From Eledone cirrhosa (taxonomy: Eukaryota), in assembly GCA_964016885.1 (NCBI GenBank), contig OZ024746.1, positions 98,828,001 through 98,892,000 on the forward strand: a DNA stretch of 64,000 nucleotides, written 5' to 3'. The translations under genes and the position numbers were made by a program. The first letter of the stretch is position 1. Each line of letters opens with the position of its first letter. Below the pieces are notes generated by a model. It did not search any database and had not been told where the DNA came from. It saw nothing but the letters and a program-made list of their open reading frames with translations. Positions 1-10,689 of the stretch are shown here, one piece after another.

Positions 1-36
1 CTTGTTTTGCAATGTTTCCAACATGTTTGTTATCCA

Positions 37-204
37 CCGTATTTCCCGGCGTCGAAGACGCTACTTTTCCCTAAAATAAGTCTCAAAAATCTACCATGCG
101 TCCTGGAGGCTGAAGGTTGTTTATTATTTTTTTTCCAAATTTTTGGTTGTCAAAATTAGGATGCGTCCTCGAGGACGGAGCGTCTTCGGTGCCGGGAAAT
201 ACGG
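37..204. mobile_element. MITE, Tc1/mariner-pogo type (CCGTA termini, TA target)
   Basis: ~26-bp imperfect TIRs ccgtatttcccggcgtcgaagacgct / agcgtcttcggtgccgggaaatacgg, followed by TA; second copy at 22817-22983. Confidence 0.85.
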
Positions 205-235
205 TACTTAAATGTTATTCCACATGCTGATGCGC

Positions 236-254
236 ATGTGTATATATATATATC

Positions 255-309
<55 letters not shown>

Positions 310-625
310 ATATGCATACATTTATATGTATGAGCATATAAATATAAATGTGCAAACACAGACACACTTACAAAAATGTACACTCAGACATACATTCACA
401 CAAACACACACACACATGCACACAAACGCATACATACATTCACACAAACACACACATTCACACAAAGACACATACATTCACACAAACATTCACACAAACA
501 CTCACATACATTCACACAAACACACACATTCATTCACACAAACACTGACATACATTCACACAAACACACATAAAGTCACACAAACACACACATACATTCA
601 CACAAACACATACATACATACACAG
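236..625. repeat. (TA)n/(TG)n microsatellites followed by degenerate CA-rich repeat
   Basis: Direct reading of sequence. Confidence 0.95.
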
Positions 626-716
626 CATAACAAATAGAACGTCAGCTGCTATTTTGCTATAGGTTTTTCACCACCCCTTCCTACCTTGTACACACATACA
701 CTCACACAGGCAGCAG

Positions 717-771
717 ACGTAAAGAGAGAGGAGTAGTATGAGGTAGTCAAACTACTCCTCTCTCTTTACGT
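717..771. other. Perfect 21-bp inverted repeat (hairpin, 13-nt loop)
   Basis: acgtaaagagagaggagtagt ... actactcctctctctttacgt. Confidence 0.9.
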
Positions 772-806
772 GTTGTGACAGAATCGCAGAAATTTATATA
801 TTGATA

Positions 807-1228
807 CAATCTGTTTGCTTTTTATGCGAACTTGAAGTAAACGAATTTGCTTTAACACGTCTTGAAAAAATATTATCAAATATTTAGTTTACATGAATAA
901 TTGTTTCTACGTTTGGCACAAGGCCAGCAATTACCCAGTGCATTACTGGTACTTTATTTTATCGACCCCGTAAGGATGAAAGGCAAAGTTAACCTCGGCG
1001 GGATTTGAACTCAGAATGGCAAAGACTGTAACTCTATACGTCAAAGCATGGCGTCCGACCCTCTACCAATTCTGCCAATCCACCGCCCTCCGTTTACATG
1101 AATAATGCACTATCGTGTGTGCAATTTTTAATTTTTTTTATTTATCAGAAATTTAGACTTAAATTACGTGAATTTGCTTTATGCGGCACATTCACAAACG
1201 CATTTTCGCGTAAAAAGCGAACAGACTT
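807..1228. mobile_element. Tigger/pogo-like MITE interrupted by a SINE
   Basis: TIRs caatctgtttgctttttatgcga / tcgcgtaaaaagcgaacagact, TA flanks. Confidence 0.65.
902..1091 (-). mobile_element. tRNA-derived SINE, family A, full length
   Basis: A-box (tggcagaattgg) and B-box (gagttcaaatc) on minus strand; 15-bp TSD gtttacatgaataat at 887-901 and 1092-1106. Confidence 0.9.
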
Positions 1229-1295
1229 TACTTAAATTTATTTAAATATTTATTTTTATAGTTGTTTACATTCTACAACAATACCAAACAGATTC

Positions 1296-1460
1296 AGGCA
1301 TGTCTGAGTGGTTAAGGAGTTCACTTAACAACCAGTTGGTTCTGGGTTCAATCATGCTGCATGGCACCTTGGGCTAGTATCTTCTACTATAACCTCAGGT
1401 TGACCTATGTCCTGTGAGTGGACTTTAGTAGATGACAACTATAGAAGACTCCGGTGTGTA
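1296..1460 (+). mobile_element. tRNA-derived SINE, family C (diverged)
   Basis: A-box-like tgtctgagtgg, B-box gggttcaatc; related degenerate copy at 8722-8850. Confidence 0.65.
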
Positions 1461-1482
1461 TATATATATATATATATTTATA

Positions 1483-3240
1483 GGTACATTGACTATTTGC
1501 AACACAAACTTCCAGAAACCTGCCAATCACCTAATAACCTATAAATCTGGTGGGCACATAAGCCAGATTGACTTCTTACTAGTTAGGCAGCGGGACAGGC
1601 AGATAGTGTCTAATACCAAATTTAGGAAAGCCCTTCAAGATGTATATGACGAAAAAGAAGACAATTTAGAGACGTATGACATAAATAATAACTGGAATTT
1701 CTTACGTGACAACTTGCTGCAGGCTACTGATGAAACTTGTGGCTGAGAGTGACCTGGTGGTGGAACAGCACAGTAGATAAGGCCATTAGAGACAAAAGAC
1801 TAGCATGGAAGGCTTGGAAAAAAGGGTGGGAGTAGGGAAGAATATACAGCCACTAAGAGAGAAGCTAGACGTCAGGTGTACTTAGCACGCAGGGAGGCGG
1901 AGAGTAGGAGGTTTGCCAATGTTCTGCGACGGGAAGATCAGAGGCGTGCGGTGTTCCACATTGCAAGGCAGTGTGTCAATGCAAATCAGGATGTTGTTGG
2001 AGATAAATATGTCCGGGATGATGCCGGTGTACTTAATGTCACGAATGATCAGAAAAAGGAGGCCTGGAAAGTCATTATGAGAGACTGATGAATGTGGAGA
2101 ACGAATGGGAGAGAGAGAAATTACCCTTAGTAGATCCGACAGAGGGACCAGCTATTGAGATTGACGAATATAGGGTCCAAGAGGCGATTAAGGAAATGAA
2201 GAATGGTAAGGCTGCTGGACCATCGGGAATAGTTGCTGAGATTCTGAAGGCATCAGGGGACATAGGCACTAAACTGGTTGCACGCATCATCAATCAGGCT
2301 ATATATGGTGGTGTCATACCCAAAGACTGGTGCAGCAGTATTCTCATAAATTGCTACAAAGGGATGCTCTGGAGAGGAGCAATTATAGGGGTATAAAACT
2401 GATGGATCAGGTTATGAAAGTGGCAGAAAGGATATTAGCACAACTAATTAGAGAAAGGGTCAAACTAGATGAGATGCAGTTTGGTTTTGTGCCTGGGAAG
2501 AGTAAAACAGATGCCCTCTTCTTGGTGAGACAATTGCAAGAGAGGTTCTTAGAGAAAAATAAGCCACTATACTTAGCCTTTGTTGACCTAGAGAAGGCCT
2601 TTGATAGGGTACCCCGATCTGTCATCTAGTGGTCCCTAAGGAAGCTAGGTGTTGAGGAATGGCTTGTGAGGACAGTGCAAACTTTGTACAGAGGTACTCT
2701 CAGTAAAGTCAGGGTAGGAATGGAGTTTAGTGAGGAATTCCAGATACAAGTAGGAGTACATCAAGGTTCGGTCCTCAGCCCGCTCTTGTTCATTATAGTC
2801 CTCCAAGCCATAACAGAGGAGTTTAAGACTGGCTGTCCATGGGAACTTCTCTATGCTGACAATCTGGTTCTTATAGCAGAATCAGTAGAGGAGCTAGAGA
2901 ATAAATTCTGGCTATGGAAACAGCAGTTGGAAGCAAGAGGACTGAGAGTGAACCTAGCTAAGACAAAAGTGTTGATGAGTAGAAAAGAGGACAAAACTCT
3001 GATTCCGTCAAGGAAATGGCCATGTTCGATATGCAGAAAAGGAACTGGCACAAATTCTATAAAATGCACACAATGCAGATCCTGGGTACACAAGAGATGT
3101 AGCGGGATAGCAGGCAAACTAACAGGTAGGGAGAAATATGTATGCAGTAGATGTACAGGGAAATTAGACAGTAGAAGTTGCATTGATAGACACATTTTTC
3201 AAATGCAGGAGGGCGCTATAGAAGTGGTGGATAGCTTCCC
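1483..3240 (+). mobile_element. RTE-clade LINE fragment (end of AP endonuclease, RT, PHD finger), pseudogenised
   Basis: SQIDFLL endonuclease motif; KAAGPSGI, QFGFVPG, FVDLEKAFDRV, GVHQGSVLSPLLF, LYADNL; frameshifts, stops and an internal deletion near 1620. Confidence 0.95.
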
Positions 3241-3415
3241 TCACCTCTTTCTGTTCAAAATATTCATATCAATGATATATATTGATAGTCTGAAAATGAA
3301 ACAGAGCCCTAACATGTTTGGGTCCCTCTTCATTGTTCATATACAGTGGACAAACATGCCAAAATTAAATTGATAACAATATATATACATATTGAATACT
3401 TCCATTAATCAATTT

Positions 3416-3634
3416 TAACCCTTTAGCATTTAAACCGGCTGTATCTGGGCAGAATTTCCTCATCTCTTTCTGTTCAAACCAGCTGTAACTGGCCACTCAT
3501 ACTGATGTTAAGGTATTGTTCTCAAAATAAATAATATCAAAATCTCAGATTTGATAAGATAATTCAGTGAGGTAAAGCCATTACTGTGAAAATACAATAG
3601 TAAATATAAAGTAATGTAAATGTTAAAGGGTTAA
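3416..3634. mobile_element. piggyBac-like MITE (family P), single-unit form
   Basis: TTAA-CCCTTTagcattta ... taaatgttAAAGGG-TTAA; about nine related copies in window. Confidence 0.9.
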
Positions 3635-3756
3635 ATGATGATGTTGATGATGAGTGTAAAAGTGGAATAAGATTGTGTGAGAAGGAATCTGTCATAAAGA
3701 AGCATGGAAAATCTGAGATGACGGAGTGAAATCAAACATGGCATGGAAAATTGACA

Positions 3757-4288
3757 TTAACCTTTTATCATTTACATTACTATATACAGTTGTCCCCTGG
3801 TATTCACGGGGGTTATGTTTCTGGAGCACCTGCGAAAAGTGAAAAACCGCAAATATTGGACGTGGTCCATAAAAATGCCTATAAATGTCAAAACATATCC
3901 TAAAATATACGCCGGCAAATACGGTATATAGTTATTAATAATTTAGCGTTAAAAAACATGAAAAAATATATTGTCACAAAAAAAGCCATTAAAAAATCAA
4001 ATATGGGGCAGTTTCCACAAATAATTATTAGTTAGGTTCTAAGGAAAATTCCACGAATAACCAGGACTGTGAATGTTGGATGTACTCTATATTTACTATA
4101 TTTTCACAGTAAAGGCTTTACCTCACATAATTATCTCACATAATTTTGAATCTACGAGATTTTGATATTATTTATTTTGAGAACAATACCTTAACATCAG
4201 TATGAGTGACTAATTATAGCTGGTTAGAACAGAAAGAGGTGAGAGAATTTTAGCTGGATATGGTCGGGCTAAATGGTAAAGGGCTAAA
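3757..4288. mobile_element. Family P MITE in opposite orientation, with nested Tigger-like insertion
   Basis: ttaaccttttatcatttacattac ... ggtaaagggctaa; body resumes at tactctatat (4083). Confidence 0.85.
3787..4082. mobile_element. Tigger/pogo-like non-autonomous DNA transposon
   Basis: TA-CAGTTGTCCCCTGGTATTCACGGGGG terminus typical of Tigger/MER2-like elements; right end degenerate. Confidence 0.65.
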
Positions 4289-4384
4289 TGATGATGTTGA
4301 GGACGAGTTTAACAGAAGAATAAGATTGTGTAAGAAGGAATCTATCATAAAAAAGCAAGAAAAACTGAGATGATGTTGTGAAGT

Positions 4385-4745
4385 CAATGGCAATATCGGT
4401 AGAGGGTCGGACGCCATGCTTTGAAGCATAGAGTTACCTCCCTTTATGATCTGAGTTCAAATCCTGCTGAGGTTAACTTTGCCTTTCATCCTTACGGGGT
4501 CGATAAAATAAAGTACCAGTCATGCACTGAGGTTGATGTAAGTGACTTTCTCCTTTCCCACATGTTTATAGTAGAAATCATTATATAGCAAAAGGCTTTC
4601 TAGCATAGTTACGTCCCTTTACATTCTGAGTTCAAATCCCGCCGAGGTTAACTTTGCCTTTCATCCTTACGGGGTCGATAAAATAAAGTACCAGTAATGT
4701 ACTGGGTAATTGCTGGCCTTGTGCCTAAAGTAGAAACAATTATAT
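4385..4745 (+). mobile_element. Two tandem family A SINEs (second 5'-truncated)
   Basis: Two copies of the gagttcaaatc...cctttcatccttacggggtcgataaaataaagtaccagt core; attatatagcaaaag duplicated around the second copy. Confidence 0.9.
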
Positions 4746-4825
4746 AGCAAAAGAATGAAATATATATAACTAGAATTTTTTTCAACACGTGTGTAGTGAA
4801 TGTTAGACGCTGTTTTCTGTAGTTT

Positions 4826-5737
4826 GTCATCATCCCTTCCTTCCTCAGTCATCTCTAGTGTGTGATGTCATCACCCCTTCCTTCCTCAGTCATCTCTAGT
4901 GTGTGATGTCATCACCCCTTCCTTCCTCAGTCATCTCTAGTGCGTGATGTCATCACCCATTCCTTCTTCAGTCATCTCTAGTGTGTGATGTCATCACCCC
5001 TTCCTTCCTCAGTCATCTCTAGTGTGTGATGTCATCACCCCTTCCTTCCTCAGTCATCTCTAGTGTGTGATGTCATCACCCCTTCCTTCCTCAGTCATCT
5101 CTAGTGTGTGATGTCATCACCCCTTCCTTCCTCAGTCATCTCTAGTGTGTGATGTCATCACCCCTTCCTTCCTCAGTCATCTCTAGTGTGTGATGTCATC
5201 ACCCCTTCCTTCCTCAGTCATCTCTAGTGTGTGATGTCATCACCCCTTCCTTCCTCAGTCATCTCTAGTGTGTGATGTCATCACCCCTTCCTTCCTCAGT
5301 CATCTCTAGTGTGTGATGTCATCACCCCTTCCTTCCTCAGTCATCTCTAGTGTGTGATGTCATCACCCCTTCCTTCCTCAGTCATCTCTAGTGCGTGATG
5401 TCATCACCCATTCCTTCTTCAGTCATCTCTAGTGTGTGATGTCATCACCCCTTCCTTCCTCAGTCATCTCTAGTGTGTGATGTCATCACCCCTTCCTTCC
5501 TCAGTCATCTCTAGTGTGTGATGTCATCACCCCTTCCTTCCTCAGTCATCTCTAGTGTGTGATGTCATCACCCCTTCCTTCCTCAGTCATCTCTAGTGTG
5601 TGATGTCATCACCCCTTCCTTCCTCAGTCATCTCTAGTGTGTGATGTCATCACCCCTTCCTTCCTCAGTCATCTCTAGTGTGTGATGTCATCACCCATTC
5701 CTTCTTCAGTCATCTCTAGTGTGTGATGTCATCACGC
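4826..5737. repeat. 41-bp minisatellite, ~22 copies
   Basis: Unit tctagtgtgtgatgtcatcaccccttccttcctcagtcatc. Confidence 0.97.
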
Positions 5738-6344
5738 CTTCATGTGTGTATGTATATATATATAAATGTGTATTTGTGTACATATATATATATATATATG
5801 TATGTGTGTGTATATATATATATGTGGGTGTCTGTGATATATATACACTGGTCATAGACACACACACACATATATATATATATATAGTGCAAATTGAGGG
5901 AAGGATAGAGAGAAAGAGATAGGGAGAGGAGACAGAGAAGGACAGATTTCAAACATGTGATTCTTATTCTGAAAGCATTATGGAGTTTGTTCAGTAGATT
6001 TAGCAGCTACATTGAACAATGCAGTAACATAAAAGATTTATTTGCTGTTATCATGAGGATAATGTTGATATTTTAGAGAGAGAATATGAATATTTTCCAA
6101 AGAAAAATATACAGTTTCACTCTCAAGTACGTATACATTTGTAATAAATTAGTTTCACTTAATATTTTGTATTCTATCATTTGCAAAGCTTGCAATGTTT
6201 TCAACATGTTTGTTAAATACTTAAATTTATTTAATTTTCATAGTTTTTGACATTCTACACAATTCTGATAGTAACTCAATCAAAAGATTTATCTTCGGTC
6301 AACAACGTAAAAATTCAGGTTTTCTCAATCTTTTAAAATGACTA

Positions 6345-6590
6345 ATCTTATCTATTTTAAAATAGGAGCTCGGCAGTATGGGGCCCAAGTGTGCCTGAGG
6401 TCTTGACGGTGACCAGTGCAAAGAGGAAGCGGCCAGACAATCCTCAGTATTTGTTGGTCTTCCTTTCCTCTGCATTCCAGGCCACAGTACCGGGGTTTGT
6501 GGCTAAGTTGGAGAACATGCAGAGACATAACTAGGGTATGGCAAGCATGGTATGTGCCATGAGCACCACATGAAGGGGGCGCCACTTGGA
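6345..6590 (-). mobile_element. CRE-clade non-LTR retrotransposon fragment (restriction-like endonuclease region)
   Basis: Minus frame reads NAEERKTNKY*GLSGRFLFALVTVKTSGTLGPHTAELL, homologous to 27300-27380 (SGCLLFTPVAVETSDVLGPHTTKFL). Confidence 0.7.
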
Positions 6591-6974
6591 CTAGGAGTAT
6601 GTTCTATTAAAGTCAAATAAGCCTCATCTGAGAGGGAAAAAAGAAACTCCTTCAGATGTATGATCTGTCTCTATCATGGCTGAGAACACTATGGTGGCTG
6701 GATCATTAAACCATTTATATAAATTATTAGGGCCCATAGACAAAAATACAGAGCTGAGCAGGGGCCCAATTTCACTGCTTGCCATAGGGGCTATTTTCCC
6801 TAGTTATACCTCTAAGAACGTATCACAATATGATTTATTTCATTCTGAAATTAATATTTGAATGAGCAACTTCATTTTTTATCTGGAAGTCTGCTAAAGA
6901 AAGACAGTACCAATAGTTTTTCCAAATCATTGTCGACTTGAGAAGAAGGATAACTATAAATAACTAGATGAGCT

Positions 6975-7683
6975 TTAACCCTTTAGCATTTGAACCAGCC
7001 ATATCTGGCGAGTATTCTCTCATTCCTTTCTGTTCAGACCAACCCTAACTGGCCACTTATACTGATGTTAAGCTATTGCTCTCACAATAAATAACATTAA
7101 AATCTCATAGCTTCGATATTATGTGAAATAATTATGTAAGGTAAAGCCTTTACTGTGAAAATACAATAGTATATATAGAGTAATGTAAATGTTATGTGAG
7201 ATATTATGTGAGGTAAAGCCTTTACTGTGAAAATACAATAGTATATATAGAGTAATGTAAATGTTATGTGAGATATTATGTGAGGTAAAGCCTTTACTGT
7301 GAAAATACAATAGTAGATATATGTAAATGTTATGTGAGATATTATGTGAGGTAAAGCCTTTACTGTGAAAATACAATAGTAGATATAGAGTAATGTAAAT
7401 GTTATGTGAGATATTATGTGAGGTAAAGCCTTTACTGTGAAAATACAATAGTAGATATATGTAAATGTTATGTGAGATATTATGTGAGGTAAAGCCTTTA
7501 CTGTGAAAATACAATAGTAGATATATGTAAATGTTATGTGAGATATTATGTGAGGTAAAGCCTTTACTGTGAAAATACAATAGTAGATATATGTAAATGT
7601 TATGTGAGATATTATGTGAGGTAAAGCCTTTACTGTGAAAATACAATAGTAGATATAGAGTATTATAAATAATAAAAGGTTAA
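6975..7683. mobile_element. Family P MITE with internal tandem expansion (63/72-bp units, ~8 copies)
   Basis: TTAA-CCCTTT start, aaaggTTAA end; repeated attatgtgaggtaaagcctttactgtgaaaatacaatag. Confidence 0.9.
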
Positions 7684-7817
7684 TGTGATTTAGGTTTCAA
7701 TGTTCAGTTGAAATTGTTAACATTTAATAGTTGAAGAGTAAACATGTATGACAAAGAATTTGCAGATCAATGCCATGTAGTCAGAGCCCTCTCATTAAGT
7801 ACTGTGAGTCACAGTGT

Positions 7818-8115
7818 TTAACCCTTTAGCAATTAAACTAGCCATATCTTGCCAGAATTCCCTCACCTCTTTCTGTTCAAACTGGCTGTAACTGGCCACT
7901 CATACTGATGTTAAGGTACTCTTCTCAAAATAAATATCAAAATCTTATAGATTCAATTTTATGTGAGATAATTATGTGAGTTAAGCCTTTACCATGAAAA
8001 TACAATAGTAAATATAGAGTAATGAAAATATTATGTGAGATAATCATGTAAGGTAAAGCCTTTACCATGAAAATATAATACTAAATATAGAGTAATGTAA
8101 ATGCTAAAGGGTTAA
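7818..8115. mobile_element. Family P MITE, two-unit form
   Basis: TTAACCCTTTagc ... gctAAAGGGTTAA. Confidence 0.9.
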
Positions 8116-8309
8116 TACTGTTGGTGATATTTGAATTCATAATGCAAGGAACTGGAAATAAGGTTCACACAGCATTTCGTCCAACATCCTCATCTATTAA
8201 TGTTCTGCCTGTTTACGTGCAGTGATGATGCAAGTAGGGTAGGTAAGTGTCTCTCTATAAGTATATGCTATTGTGTGATGGCTTCATTTCTTGAAGGGTA
8301 TCAATATAA

Positions 8310-8706
8310 TACTGTGAAATCAGTTTTTGTGCCAACCCTTACCTATGGTCATGAATCTTGGGTAATGACCAAAAGAATATGATTTGAAATACAAGCGGCC
8401 AAAACGGGATTCCTCTGAAGGGTCTTTGGAGTAACATTATTTGATAAAGTGCATAGCTCGGAGATCAGAGAGCCACTTCTGGTAGAGGTGCAACTTCTCC
8501 GAATTGAGAGATCATAGCTTTAATACTATGGACATATGATTACCCTGAGCAAAATGGTTGAATAACATCCATAAGCTTGGCTGGTCATGCTTGAGGATAG
8601 AACCGGATCAGATGGTTGCTTCTGACAGGACCTACTGGAAGGAGTGTTTGACGTCTCTGTTCCCACAATCCTCTCAGACATAAGTAGGTGAAGAAAAAGA
8701 AGAAGA
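8310..8706 (+). mobile_element. RTE-clade LINE 3' fragment (Expander/Rex3-like) with (GAA)n tail
   Basis: FVPTLTYGHESWVMT, IERS*L*YYGHM; same 3' end as 15822-16345. Confidence 0.8.
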
Positions 8707-8864
8707 TGGATTTGCAGACATGTGAACTTAAGCAGTTCAGTTTGTATTACTATCATGTGGTTCCAAGTTTCTGTTGCGAGTGTCTTCTACCATAGAATTG
8801 AGTTAACCAATATTTTGGTAGAGAGAAACTGCAGAAGCTCATCATATGTGTAATTAATTATTTC

Positions 8865-9422
8865 TGATATACACACAAGGCCAACAGTTTTGGGGAGATA
8901 AAGTCAATTAAATTGCCCCAGTGTGTTACTGGTACTTTATTTTACCAACTCCAGTGTGTTACTGGTACTTTATTTGAGCAGCCCCATAAGGATGAAAGGC
9001 AAAGCTAACCTAATAATAATTGTTTCTACTTTAGGCACAAAGCCAGCAATTACCCAGTGCATTACTGGTACTTTATTTCATCGACCCCGTAAGGATGAAA
9101 GGCAAAGTCAACCTCAGCAGAATTTGAACTCAGATCGTAAAGGGACGTAACTATGCTGGAAAGCATGGTGTCTGACCCTCTACTGATACTGCCAATCCAC
9201 TAACCTAATAATAATGGTTACTGATTTAGACATAAGGCCAACAATTTGAGAGGAAGGGAAAGTTGATTAAATCGACCCCAGTGTGCTACTGGTACTTTAT
9301 TTTATCAATCCCATAAGGATGAAAAGCAAAGCTAACCTTGACAGGATTTGAACTCAGAATGTAAAGGGCCATAACTCAATGCTATAAAGCACAATGTCCG
9401 ACGCTCTACCAATTCACCGCCC
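8865..9422 (-). mobile_element. Cluster of three adjacent/nested family A SINEs
   Basis: Repeated actggtactttatttt..accccgtaaggatgaaaggcaaag cores; middle copy has TSD aacctaataataat (9007, 9202). Confidence 0.85.
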
Positions 9423-9442
9423 TCATGTTTAATTCATAAACG

Positions 9443-9970
9443 ATAATGGCTTTTACAGTTCAATACTAAACTATACTACACCTTTAAAAACTAATTTAAT
9501 GGCTTTTATAGTTCAATACTAAACTATACTACACCTTTAAAAACTAATTTAATGGCTTTAAGTTCAATACTAAACTATACTACACCTTTAAAAACTAATT
9601 TAATGGCTTTTAAGTTCAATACTAAACTATACTACACCTTTAAAAACTAATTTAATGGCTTTAAGTTCAATACTAAACTATACTACACCTTTAAAAACTA
9701 ATTTAATGGCTTCTACAGTTCAATACTAAACTATACTACATCTTTAAAAACTAATTTAATGGCTTTTAAAGTTCAATACTAAACTATACTACACCTTTAA
9801 AAACTAATTTAATGGCTTCTACAGTTCAATACTAAACTATACTACACCTTTAAAAACTAATTTAATGGTTTTTAAAGTTCAATACTAAACTATACTACAC
9901 CTTTAAAAACTAATTTAATGGCTTTAAGTTCAATACTAAACTATACTACACCATTAAAAACTAATTTAAT
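9443..9970. repeat. AT-rich 52-54-bp minisatellite, ~10 copies
   Basis: Unit taatggcttttaaagttcaatactaaactatactacacctttaaaaactaatt. Confidence 0.95.
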
Positions 9971-10114
9971 ACATATAATACATAGAGAAAAATAAACATA
10001 CACGTTGAATCTTATTAGTCTTGTAGCCTACTGTTAAGAAATATGAAAACCAAGAAACCATAGTGATATTGAACTTTATTCCAAAAGTAATGAATTCGCA
10101 ATTCATTCTAGTAA

Positions 10115-10457
10115 CATTCATTTCATTTCATTTCATTTTCCGTCCGCTTTTTTCCTGCTTGCAAGGGTGGGACGGGAACTGATTCTGGCTTGATTTCTAC
10201 AGCTGGATGCCCTTCCTAACACCAACCTCATTTACAGTGAGTGCTGGGTGCTTTTTTGTCGTGGCACCTCCACGACCACTTTACAGTGGAATGATAGGGA
10301 CTGGGGTCCCTATCATCTCATTTCTACAGCTGAGTAAACTGGAGCAATGTGAAATAAAATGTCTTGCTCAAGGAAACACATCACCCGGTCTGAGAATTGA
10401 ACTCACAACCTTTCGATTGCAAGGCCAATGCTCTAACCACTAAGCCATGTGCCTCCA
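10115..10457 (-). mobile_element. tRNA-derived SINE, family B (central domain plus RTE-like 3' tail)
   Basis: A-box tggcttagtgg, B-box gagttcaattc, ccttgagcaagaca core, aggaagggcatccagc, tail gcggacggaaaatg(aaatg)n; near-identical copy 50359-50745. Confidence 0.88.
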
Positions 10458-10689
10458 TTCCTAACATTGAATGTTTGAAATACATGCAGATAATTGTTCT
10501 GCTTCATTGTAATCTAACAATAGCCTGCTCAGTATGTTGTTAGGAGATAATTGCTCACACCTCTATTGAAGCAGACACCTCTATATGAATGATTAGTAAA
10601 ATTAACCATCACTCTATCATGATATCATGTTATTGTTGTATTGTAAAGGTCAAGTAACTACTTACACATCTTCTCAATGGTTTGTTATT

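Noticed and set aside
739-747. let-7-like TGAGGTAGT in a hairpin
   Set aside because: Only 9 nt match and it lies in the loop, not the stem
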